Positions 19,282-27,859 of a stretch of DNA of 46,873 bases are shown in pieces (position 1 is the first letter of the stretch; every line of letters begins with the position of its first letter). The DNA is from Promethearchaeota archaeon (lineage in GTDB: Archaea > Asgardarchaeota > Lokiarchaeia > Sigyniarchaeales > SOKP01), in assembly GCA_016840545.1 (NCBI GenBank), contig JAEOSD010000003.1, forward strand, positions 1 through 46,873. Direction: 5' to 3'. Made by a program: the position numbers and the translations under genes. The notes under the pieces are model-generated. The model had not been told where the DNA came from. It made no database searches and saw only the letters and a program-made list of their open reading frames with translations.

Positions 19282-20925
19282 GTGGGAGTTATAGAAAAAT
19301 GGGCTAAAGAATGCCCCAATAAAAAAGCACTTATTATATATGACACCAGTAAGGAAGTATCTTTTAAAGAGTTTAATGAAGCAATTAATATTATGGCATT
19401 TAAACTTTTCAATATGGGATTTAGAAAAGGAGACATCATAATAACCTCATTACCTTTTCTGTATGAACATATTATTTTAGGATATGCGTGCGCAAAACTA
19501 GGTGTAATTTGGACACCATTAGACCTTAGATTGAAACCTCCAGAAATTATTAAGTGCTTAGAATTATTAAAAGAAAAAGCAAAAATGTATTGCCATTTAG
19601 GAAAGACGTCTGTAGCAAATTTCGGAATGATTGGTGCAGCAGTTATGAAAAATAATCCTTGGATACAATATGTAGTACAATTCAGCACACCTGACGATAA
19701 ATATAGAAAAGGGATAATTCCCGCATATCAGATTGTTGAGGAAGCAAAAAATGAAATGTCTGAAGCTACTAAAAAACCTGAAACTATGAAAGAGTTTAAT
19801 GAGGAATGTGCTAGAGTTAGTGAAAATGACCCTATTATGATTGTTTTTACTACAGGGAGTACAGGCTTTCCTAAACCTGCTATGCTCACAAATCTGGGAA
19901 TTACATGTCAAAATCTGTGTTTATCTAAAGGACTTAAAGCAGACTCTAATGACATTATGCTAGTAAACCTTCCTCCGTCTCATGTTGGAGGAACTACAGA
20001 ACAATTAATGACACCATTATTTATAGGAGGAGCCTGTGTGGTGCTTCATATTTTTGATCCCGCAAAAACCCTTGATGCTATTCAAAAATATAAAATTACT
20101 ATAATGGGTCAAATCCCCGCTTTATTTGTAATGGAATGGAGATTACCGAATTATAATGAATATGATTTAAGTTCACTTAAATTTGCTATTGCCGCTGGTC
20201 AACCTGTTGATAAACCATTCCTTGAAAAATTATCTGAAATGGCTCCAAATTTATTTACTGGTTTAGGATTAACTGAAAGTTCTGGATTTTGTTCATATAC
20301 TCCAACTGACCTCACTCTGGATGAATTTACTGGAACATTAGGTTATGATTTCCCAATTTACCCCATGACTATTAGAAAGCCTATGAAAGAGGAGGGGAAT
20401 GCAGGTAATGAACTTCCAGAAGGAGAAATCGGTGAAATATGTTATAAAGGTCCCCAAACTTTTCTTGGTTATTTTGGTAATGAAGAAGCAACAAGAAAAA
20501 CATTATCTACTGATGGATATCTTTATACTGGAGATATGGGTTTTATTGATAGCAAGGGTCTCCATCTTTCTGGTCGTAGAAAATTTCTTATCAAACCTAA
20601 AGGATTTCAAGTTTTTCCACCCGAAGTTGAGACATTTATTGCTGAATTGCCTCAAGTTGAGTTTGTTGGTGTTATTGGAGCTAAACATGAAATATTCACA
20701 GAGGGTGTTGTTGTTTATATAAAATTAAGAGAGGGGCAAAGTTTAACTGAAAAAGAGGTGTTTGAACATTGTAAAGGGATCGCTGCTTATAAAAGACCAT
20801 CCTTAGTTGTGTTTCTAGATGAATTTCCGCTCAATCGTGTGGCCAAAACCGATTATGTAGCTCTTAAGGAGCGTGTAGAAAAGGATATTGAAGAAGCTAG
20901 AGCAATAGGGGGATGGGATTCTTAA
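19282..20925 (+). CDS. Acyl-CoA synthetase (class I adenylate-forming); N-terminus probably extends to ~19243
   Basis: FTTGSTGFPKP, GLGLTES, YLYTGDMG, GRRKFLIKPKG, AKTD; the frame is open upstream to 19237. Confidence 0.92.
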   Translation: MGVIEKWAKECPNKKALIIYDTSKEVSFKEFNEAINIMAFKLFNMGFRKGDIIITSLPFLYEHIILGYACAKLGVIWTPLDLRLKPPEIIKCLELLKEKAKMYCHLGKTSVANFGMIGAAVMKNNPWIQYVVQFSTPDDKYRKGIIPAYQIVEEAKNEMSEATKKPETMKEFNEECARVSENDPIMIVFTTGSTGFPKPAMLTNLGITCQNLCLSKGLKADSNDIMLVNLPPSHVGGTTEQLMTPLFIGGACVVLHIFDPAKTLDAIQKYKITIMGQIPALFVMEWRLPNYNEYDLSSLKFAIAAGQPVDKPFLEKLSEMAPNLFTGLGLTESSGFCSYTPTDLTLDEFTGTLGYDFPIYPMTIRKPMKEEGNAGNELPEGEIGEICYKGPQTFLGYFGNEEATRKTLSTDGYLYTGDMGFIDSKGLHLSGRRKFLIKPKGFQVFPPEVETFIAELPQVEFVGVIGAKHEIFTEGVVVYIKLREGQSLTEKEVFEHCKGIAAYKRPSLVVFLDEFPLNRVAKTDYVALKERVEKDIEEARAIGGWDS

Positions 20926-21111
20926 TTAAAAATAATTCCATGATTTATTTATTTCTTGATTAATTTTACATAATCTTTAAATCATGGTTTAAGTTTATAA
21001 TCCATAACGACCTATACATATGTGATTTTATTAAAAACAAACCTTTGACTAAAAAAGCTGAAAATCTTATTAAAGAATATTTAAAAGCAATCTATTTATA
21101 GGTGAAAGAAA

Positions 21112-21408
21112 GTGGCTAAGAAAAAGAAGGTTGTAGATGATACAGAAAAAGTCTTTATTGGCAAAAAGAAATCTATGAGTTATGTCATGGCAGCAATGGT
21201 TATTTTAAATGATAAACCGGTAAGACTTCTTGCTCGGGGTAGATCAATCTCTAGAGCAGTAGATGTAGCCGAAATTCTTATTAATAAATTTGTTCGCGGG
21301 AGTACTTATGGAGAGATAAAAATTAGTACCGAGATAATAACTAATGAAGATAATACTCAAACTAATGTATCATCTATTGAAATTGAAGTAATTCCGCCTA
21401 AGAAATAA
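21112..21408 (+). CDS. albA: DNA/RNA-binding protein Alba
   Basis: VFIGKKKSMSYVMA, LLARGRSISRAVDVAE, NVSSIEI; SD-like GGTGA upstream of GTG. Confidence 0.93.
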   Translation: MAKKKKVVDDTEKVFIGKKKSMSYVMAAMVILNDKPVRLLARGRSISRAVDVAEILINKFVRGSTYGEIKISTEIITNEDNTQTNVSSIEIEVIPPKK

Positions 21409-21507
21409 TTCAAGATAAAACCAAATAACCAGGAGAAAATCAGGAGACTTTCTCGTCTATTTTTTTTATTTTTTAATTATCCTACTATGGATGAGTACCT
21501 TCTACTG

Positions 21508-21807
21508 TTATATTGTTTTTTTGATGGCTTCTAATTCATTTTGGAGTGTTTCTATTTGTTCCTTTGTAGCTGAATTATCATTCATGCTATTGAGTAATTT
21601 AATGAAATCCCCAATAAGAGAATGTTCTAGTACCGTACATGTTTGATTTAACGTATTTACGTCCAGAATTAAGGTTGATTTTAAAGTTTCTCCTATTCCT
21701 AACACATCTTTACATATCAATTCATAATTTTTATTGTAGGATAATATAACAATATCTTCTAATATCTGAGAACCATCGTTTTTCTTAATAATTTTAAATT
21801 CACACAT
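21508..21807 (-). CDS. cooT: CooT-family nickel-binding protein (with C-terminal extension)
   Basis: MCE start (Cys2), ILEDIV, CKDVLG; divergent from cdhB. Confidence 0.75.
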   Translation of the reverse strand: MCEFKIIKKNDGSQILEDIVILSYNKNYELICKDVLGIGETLKSTLILDVNTLNQTCTVLEHSLIGDFIKLLNSMNDNSATKEQIETLQNELEAIKKTI

Positions 21808-21961
21808 ATTAAACTTTTCTCTAAATTTTTAAATATATTTGCTTTAACTCTGCTTTAATTAAATAAAACTAAATTTTTTAAAATAGGCTTAATAATTTAA
21901 AATATAACAATTATTTTAAAATATATATGTAAAAACTTAAACAGAGGAAATTGGTGGAATT

Positions 21962-22492
21962 ATGGCAAGACCATATCAAAAAGCGAATATTCCCGGACCA
22001 GAGATGGGTACAACTGTTTTTGAACCGCAAGTTATGGCTAACATTCTAAAGGCTCCAAAGAATAAAGTCCTTGTTATAGGAGCTGAATCCTTAACTTGGG
22101 AACTTGATGGCAAGAAAGTTGCTGATTATTATATCGAAATTGCAAAGAAGCTAGATTGTCATGTCGTTGCTACTGGACATACCTACAAGTATTTAAAAGA
22201 AAAAGTTGATTTAAATAAACTTTGGGAAATGTCCCTAATTAATATCACAGGAAGACTAGTTGATAAAGATTGGGAAGGATTGGATGGAAAAGGTCAATAT
22301 AATATGGCTATTTTTGGGGGACATCTTGTATTTTATGTGAGTCAAACCCTAAGTCGTATTAAGAATTTCTCAAACTGGGTAAGAACTATTGAATTAGATA
22401 AATATGCACATCCAAATGCGCGTTTTAGCTTGCCTAACTTTAGTGATAATGATTGGAAAGAGTTTTTAGAAAAATTAATTGAATTATTGTAA
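21962..22492 (+). CDS. cdhB: CO dehydrogenase/acetyl-CoA synthase epsilon subunit
   Basis: ANIPGP, RLVDKDWEGLDGKGQY, YVSQTLSRIKNF, YAHPNARFSLPN. Confidence 0.92.
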   Translation: MARPYQKANIPGPEMGTTVFEPQVMANILKAPKNKVLVIGAESLTWELDGKKVADYYIEIAKKLDCHVVATGHTYKYLKEKVDLNKLWEMSLINITGRLVDKDWEGLDGKGQYNMAIFGGHLVFYVSQTLSRIKNFSNWVRTIELDKYAHPNARFSLPNFSDNDWKEFLEKLIELL

Positions 22493-22533
22493 TTAAATAA
22501 AATAATAACTATTTTTATGAGGAGAAATATAAT

Positions 22534-23940
22534 ATGAGTTTTTCAGATATGCCTGTAGATGTTGGTCCAGTATATGAGGGAGAACGTATCAGGGCAAATC
22601 AAATGTTTGTTGAACTCGGCGGACCTAAAATTGAGAAACACTTTGAATTAGTTAGAGTTAAATCACCTAAAGAGATCAAGGATGGTCAAGTTACACTTCA
22701 TGGTCCTGATATTAAGGACATGAAAGAAGGAGAAAGATATCCTATTGGAATTTTAGTAGAAGTTGCTGGACCTGAATTAGAAGAAGACTTAGAAGCCGTA
22801 TTTGAAAGGAGAGTTCATGAATTTTGCAACTTTGTAAATGGTATTATGCACTTAAATCAACGTTATACTAACTGGATGCGTATTTCAAAATCCGCCTTTG
22901 AGAAAGGTTTAAATTCTTTCGATTTGCTTGGAACAATTTTAATTAGACTATATAAGGCAGAATTACCAATTATAGAACAAGCTCAAGTCACTTTCTATAC
23001 TGACGCAAAAGAAATTGAAAAGCCTTACAATATGGCATTGGAAATCTACAATAAGAGAGATGAAAGAGCGAGAACTATCCATGATGAAGATGTAAATATG
23101 TTCTATGGATGTGTTTTGTGTCAATCTTTTGCTCCTACACATGCATGCTGTATAACACCTGATAGAACTTCATTATGTGGTTCAATAAATTGGTTTGACG
23201 CCAGAGCCGCGGCAAAAGTGGATCCTAAAGGCCCTATCTATGAGGTACCACCTGGTGAATGCCTAAATGAGCTGGCTGGAGAATTTTCTGGTGTAAATGA
23301 AATGATTAAGAAACGCTCACTTGGTGAGATTGAAAGAATTTATCTTTACAGTGGAATGGAGTTCCCTCATACCTCATGTGGCTGTTTTGAGGCAATAGAT
23401 TTCTACATTCCTGAAGTGAATGGTCATGGAATTGTTGATCGCAACTACGGTGAAGTCGCGATAAATGGCTTACCTTTCTCAGCTATGGCCAACCAAACTG
23501 GGGGAGGAAAACAAATGCCTGGTTTCAATGGCGTGAGTATCCAGTACATCGCAAGTCCTAAATATCAAAAATACGACGGCGGTATAGAAACAATAGTCTG
23601 GATGCCTAAAGCTGTTAAAGATAGAATTGGAGAATTACTCCCACAAGACTTATTGCCAAAGATTGCAACGGAAGAGGAGGTTCAAGACATCAACCAGCTA
23701 AAAGACTGGCTTAAGGAGAAGGATCATCCTGTTGTTGAGACATGGGCAGAGCTTGAAGCAATGGAGGAAGAGGAGGAGGAGTGGGCAGAGGAAGGCGCCA
23801 TGGTACCAATGGGAACCATCGGAATGACTATTCCTGGCGTTGGCGGAGCAGGTGGCTTTAAAGTGATTCTAAAGAATTGCAAGATACATGCTGAGTCAAT
23901 AATTATTAAGAAAATAGAACCTAAACGTAGAAAAAAATAA
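22534..23940 (+). CDS. cdhC: CO dehydrogenase/acetyl-CoA synthase beta subunit (ACS A-cluster)
   Basis: GPVYEGERIR, FYGCVLCQSFAPTH, RTSLCG, PHTSCGCFE; acidic linker and archaeal C-terminal domain. Confidence 0.97.
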   Translation: MSFSDMPVDVGPVYEGERIRANQMFVELGGPKIEKHFELVRVKSPKEIKDGQVTLHGPDIKDMKEGERYPIGILVEVAGPELEEDLEAVFERRVHEFCNFVNGIMHLNQRYTNWMRISKSAFEKGLNSFDLLGTILIRLYKAELPIIEQAQVTFYTDAKEIEKPYNMALEIYNKRDERARTIHDEDVNMFYGCVLCQSFAPTHACCITPDRTSLCGSINWFDARAAAKVDPKGPIYEVPPGECLNELAGEFSGVNEMIKKRSLGEIERIYLYSGMEFPHTSCGCFEAIDFYIPEVNGHGIVDRNYGEVAINGLPFSAMANQTGGGKQMPGFNGVSIQYIASPKYQKYDGGIETIVWMPKAVKDRIGELLPQDLLPKIATEEEVQDINQLKDWLKEKDHPVVETWAELEAMEEEEEEWAEEGAMVPMGTIGMTIPGVGGAGGFKVILKNCKIHAESIIIKKIEPKRRKK

Positions 23941-23997
23941 TTTAATCTTTTTTTATTTACTTTTTATTCCAGATTTTTTATCCTAATTTAAATTCAA
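23941..23997. terminator. T-rich archaeal-type terminator region between convergent genes
   Basis: Runs of T (tcttttttatttactttttat) immediately after the cdhC stop. Confidence 0.45.
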
Positions 23998-24291
23998 TTA
24001 TCGTTCGGTATATCCTACAAACCCTCCTATTAGCACTAATATTCCTCCAATTATACTAGTATAAATTATCATGATTATTCCTAAAACTACAAATAGTATC
24101 CAATTCAGAGGAATAGGATTGTTTGGTCGAATTATACTCAATAATAAAATGACAGCAATAACTATAGCAACAATTAACGTAATTATCTTTACAGTATCTA
24201 AATTTCGTTGATCAAACCCCATTATTGCTTCTATTAATGATATTGCCCCTCCAATACCTCCTAAAAGTTTCATTAAATCTTCGTTTCTCAT
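23998..24291 (-). CDS. Small hypothetical membrane protein (3-4 TM)
   Basis: Gly-rich hydrophobic helices; no recognised motif. Confidence 0.75.
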   Translation of the reverse strand: MRNEDLMKLLGGIGGAISLIEAIMGFDQRNLDTVKIITLIVAIVIAVILLLSIIRPNNPIPLNWILFVVLGIIMIIYTSIIGGILVLIGGFVGYTER

Positions 24292-24455
24292 TTTTCCTTA
24301 CTATTTAAATTGTAATTTTTTTTAATTTTATTTCAAATATAGCTCATAGTTTTAATATGACCATAGTATAATGTTTCATTAGAACCACAATTAAAAATAA
24401 TTATATACTAAGCTTGTAAAATACTAATTATTAATATTAAATCTCGAAAAAATTA

Positions 24456-25412
24456 ATGAACTTCAAAATAATTATCTATGGTCAAGAGGGTGTAGGAACC
24501 AGTACTTTTCTTAAGAAGTATGCTAAGACTCCCATACATGTAGACGATGAAATAGAAGAAATGAGGAGCCCATTCTCTGATACAATATATTATAGTATAA
24601 GAAAAAAATTCGATAAAAAATATACTATAAGTTCCATAATGAATGAAATTAAAAATATTTACGATAACGCCTTACACAAATACAGTAATAAGATTATTAA
24701 CGCAGAATTATTTATAAATCCGGATATACAAAAAGCATTCGGATTTAAAATAAAAATATCACCTGAGATTGATTGGTTATCTTTTATATTTGATTATAAT
24801 GGATCAAAAGTAGTATGTAGAGGTTCTATCAAGACAGAGATAGCAAAAGATTTTTTTAAGGTTCATGGAACGGCTCTAGAATTAATTAATTTATTCAATA
24901 ACTTTGATTATTCTGTAGAATTAATTGATCAGACAGAAACTAGTTCATTTTCTACAAAGTCAGATAGGGAATTAATTGTTGGAGCAGACTTTTTCCTTAA
25001 AAAGATTATGGTTGATGAAAATACCATTAATTTACAAATTTGGCATATCACAAGTGAGGAAAGATTTCAGTTTTTAATACCAACCTATATAAAAGGTTCC
25101 TTAGGAGCCATTTTAATTTTTGATATTACAAATTCTAAAACATTATATCATTTAATCGAGATTATTCGAATTATTAAAGAAAATGTTGGTAATATTCCAA
25201 TCATATTGGTTGGGAATAAACTTGATTTAAAAAAATCAAGAGAAGTTTTTAAAGAAGAAGGAAATTTATTTAAGGAATCATACAGTTTAGCCTCTTACAT
25301 AGAAATTTCATCTAATTTGGGATATAATATTGAAACTGTATTTATAGAACTTGTAAAATTATTATTAAAATATGCGCCCCAAAATGATGGATTAAGCATT
25401 CCGAATCTCTAG
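24456..25412 (+). CDS. Rab-like small GTPase domain, degenerate, split by a ~140-aa insertion after G1
   Basis: FKIIIYGQEGVGTST (G1); then insert; then IVGADFFLK, LQIWHITSEERF (G3/RabF), GAILIFDIT, ILVGNKLDL (G4), YIEISS (G5). Confidence 0.85.
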   Translation: MNFKIIIYGQEGVGTSTFLKKYAKTPIHVDDEIEEMRSPFSDTIYYSIRKKFDKKYTISSIMNEIKNIYDNALHKYSNKIINAELFINPDIQKAFGFKIKISPEIDWLSFIFDYNGSKVVCRGSIKTEIAKDFFKVHGTALELINLFNNFDYSVELIDQTETSSFSTKSDRELIVGADFFLKKIMVDENTINLQIWHITSEERFQFLIPTYIKGSLGAILIFDITNSKTLYHLIEIIRIIKENVGNIPIILVGNKLDLKKSREVFKEEGNLFKESYSLASYIEISSNLGYNIETVFIELVKLLLKYAPQNDGLSIPNL

Positions 25413-25552
25413 AAATCGCGTTTAAGAAACTAATTTTTTTTAAATCTAACGATTTTTTTAAAAATAACTTCAATTTGAGGGAATTTTAGCAAAAAATTAG
25501 CGTCTTTAAAGAGAGGGTAAAGTGAATTTTTAAATAGTAAAAAAGTTATTTA

Positions 25553-25858
25553 TTGGATATGAGAAGTGACGTCTTAACTTTAGAGGGTGTGAAGATTAAT
25601 AATACAATTGAGAGATTTATCAATTATTTTCAACCTAGCGGTAAATTCACAGATGCTACAGACACTATCCATGTATTTATTATTGAGCAATATTATTTTA
25701 GAGCGGGATCAACTATTGCATCGACAGTAATTTTTGAACAAAAGGATCAAAGTACCTTGGTAATTCATATGGTGGTAGCTGGAGGAGGCATAACCATATT
25801 TTCTGGGAATGCTAAGAAATCTATGCTTAAGAAGCTAAGAAACTTCTTATTAGAATAA
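25553..25858 (+). CDS. Hypothetical protein (resembles DUF6054-type)
   Basis: EQYYFRAGSTIASTV...MVVAGGG pattern; family resemblance recalled, not verified. Confidence 0.55.
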   Translation: MDMRSDVLTLEGVKINNTIERFINYFQPSGKFTDATDTIHVFIIEQYYFRAGSTIASTVIFEQKDQSTLVIHMVVAGGGITIFSGNAKKSMLKKLRNFLLE

Positions 25859-25864
25859 ATGAAT

Positions 25865-26431
25865 TCAGAACTCCTTTAATCTGTGTACGATATTCCATTC
25901 TTTAACAAGTTTAGCTACACTAGAAGGTACAAAATGTTCCCACGATTCCCCTTTTATCATAGCGTCCCGAATCTCGCTACCATTTAATCCTTTTTTCTCC
26001 AATGGAACTTCCCATAGGATGTGAATTTTTAAGCCTAATTTCTCAAAATATTTTCTTTTTTGGCGCCCCCAATCATCGTAGATTGTAAGAAAGAATATGG
26101 CATCCATCGGAACATAAAATTTGACAAGTTCTGGAAGATTAATTGGAAATGGAACGATTGAAAATTCAGATAATTTTAAACCTTTTTCCAATAATGCTTC
26201 TCGTATCATTACATAACGTTCATAGTAAGTCAATGGGTTGGCTAAAGAAGTGTTTCGATGTGGATTCGATTTATGGTCTTTAGTTAAGAAGGGATCAGGA
26301 TTTGTAATCCCTACAATAAAGTGTTTACATAATTCTTTTCCTGCTAATAGATATTTCATGTGATCATTATGCAGTATCTGGAATCTTCCATGAATCACGC
26401 CAATATCGTAAACTGATTCTTTATTTTGCAT
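25865..26431 (-). CDS. Nicotinamide/nicotinate-nucleotide adenylyltransferase (NadM-like cytidylyltransferase fold)
   Basis: HGRFQILHNDH (HxGH variant), NPLTYYER, NGSEIR, WEHFVP. Confidence 0.82.
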   Translation of the reverse strand: MQNKESVYDIGVIHGRFQILHNDHMKYLLAGKELCKHFIVGITNPDPFLTKDHKSNPHRNTSLANPLTYYERYVMIREALLEKGLKLSEFSIVPFPINLPELVKFYVPMDAIFFLTIYDDWGRQKRKYFEKLGLKIHILWEVPLEKKGLNGSEIRDAMIKGESWEHFVPSSVAKLVKEWNIVHRLKEF

Positions 26432-26597
26432 CTAATCATAAGAATTATTTTATTTTAACGTAAATCGAATAATTCAAAAGATAATAATAATCTTTTTATT
26501 TAGAAGTTTCATAATCACTATTTTTTCAGGCTTTAACTATTTATAAATTCTGATAGAATTTTTATTTTATAACTGAGTGAAGTTTTCTGGTTTTTAA

Positions 26598-27791
26598 ATG
26601 TCAGTTAAAAATTCATTTCAAGCACTATTTGGAGATTTCAACAAGAACAAAAGTAAAAATCAAGATACCACAATATTTATCCATGCAAGCGACACTCATT
26701 TGGGGAGTCATCAGTATAGAAATGAATATCGAGCAGACGATTTTATTAGAGCTTTTCAAGAAATTTTTTGTCTTTCAATAATTCATAATGCAGACTTTAT
26801 TTTATTAGGTGGTGATGTTTTTACATCCTTAGAAATGCTTCCTGGAAAGTTAACTAAGATTATAAATATTCTAACAGACTTTAAAGATTATACTGGTGGA
26901 ATAATTCCTATTATAGCGATAGAAGGAAATCATGATATTCGGAAATTTTCAAGGGGAGTAAAATTTTCTAAGCGTGGACAGTCATGGTTGAAACTTTTAC
27001 TCAATTTAGATTTATTAATTCTTCTTGATGGTAATATGGAGGCACCTCCAAATTCAATTTACTTACCTTATGACTTTAAGCATAAAATGGGAGGGAAAAT
27101 CCAAATTAAAAATGTTGTCATTTATGGTAATCATTATCTTGGTGAAAACCCAGAGGAATATATTCCGAAGATAACAAAAGCAATAGAAAAGAAGGATAAT
27201 TTTTTTTACATTCTATTACAACATTTTGGAATCAAAGGACAAATGAAAAATGTACCAGGAATTAATTATAATAAATTGCTTTCATTAAGAGAAAAAGTTG
27301 ATTATCTAGCTTTAGGACATTATCATTTACAATTCATCTTAGATGATTGGGTTTATAATCCCGGGTCTACTGAGGTAGCTTGTTCGGTTGATTCTAATTT
27401 TAAAAGAGGAGTCTTTATTGTTAAAATAACGGGAAAAACACACTATGAAAAAAAAGTTTATTCTCTTAGATTAATTAATAGAAAAAATATCTGGAAAACC
27501 ATATATTTCCCTTATTCTTTTAAAAATAAAGAGGATATTAAAAATTACATAACTAAAAATCTAAAAGTAGAAATGAATAGATCAGGAGATGAACTTGATC
27601 TTTCAAATCCTGAAATACCTATGCTATATCTTGTATTGAAGGGCTGGAAACCATTATTAAAATATAAATTGAATGAAAGAGATTTGAAAGCAGAAATCTT
27701 AAAATCTTTACATGTAGTTGATGTAAAAATTTATCAAAAATTTTCTGATCCTATAAAAAATCTAAATGAATTTCTTAATATTACTTCATAA
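26598..27791 (+). CDS. Mre11/SbcD-like metallophosphoesterase nuclease
   Basis: SDTHLG, GGDVF, EGNHD, QHFG, ALGHYH, NPGSTE. Confidence 0.88.
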   Translation: MSVKNSFQALFGDFNKNKSKNQDTTIFIHASDTHLGSHQYRNEYRADDFIRAFQEIFCLSIIHNADFILLGGDVFTSLEMLPGKLTKIINILTDFKDYTGGIIPIIAIEGNHDIRKFSRGVKFSKRGQSWLKLLLNLDLLILLDGNMEAPPNSIYLPYDFKHKMGGKIQIKNVVIYGNHYLGENPEEYIPKITKAIEKKDNFFYILLQHFGIKGQMKNVPGINYNKLLSLREKVDYLALGHYHLQFILDDWVYNPGSTEVACSVDSNFKRGVFIVKITGKTHYEKKVYSLRLINRKNIWKTIYFPYSFKNKEDIKNYITKNLKVEMNRSGDELDLSNPEIPMLYLVLKGWKPLLKYKLNERDLKAEILKSLHVVDVKIYQKFSDPIKNLNEFLNITS

Positions 27792-27859
27792 TTGATTGGA
27801 TTTAGACTTAATACTATAAAATTAGATCTTTTTAAACAACAATAATTAAAAATATAATT

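Noticed and set aside
23740-23940. GC-richer Glu-run and Gly-rich tail in cdhC
   Set aside because: Normal acidic linker and C-terminal domain of archaeal ACS beta subunits
24528-24940. GTPase insertion as an intein
   Set aside because: No Cys/Ser start block, terminal His-Asn or LAGLIDADG motif
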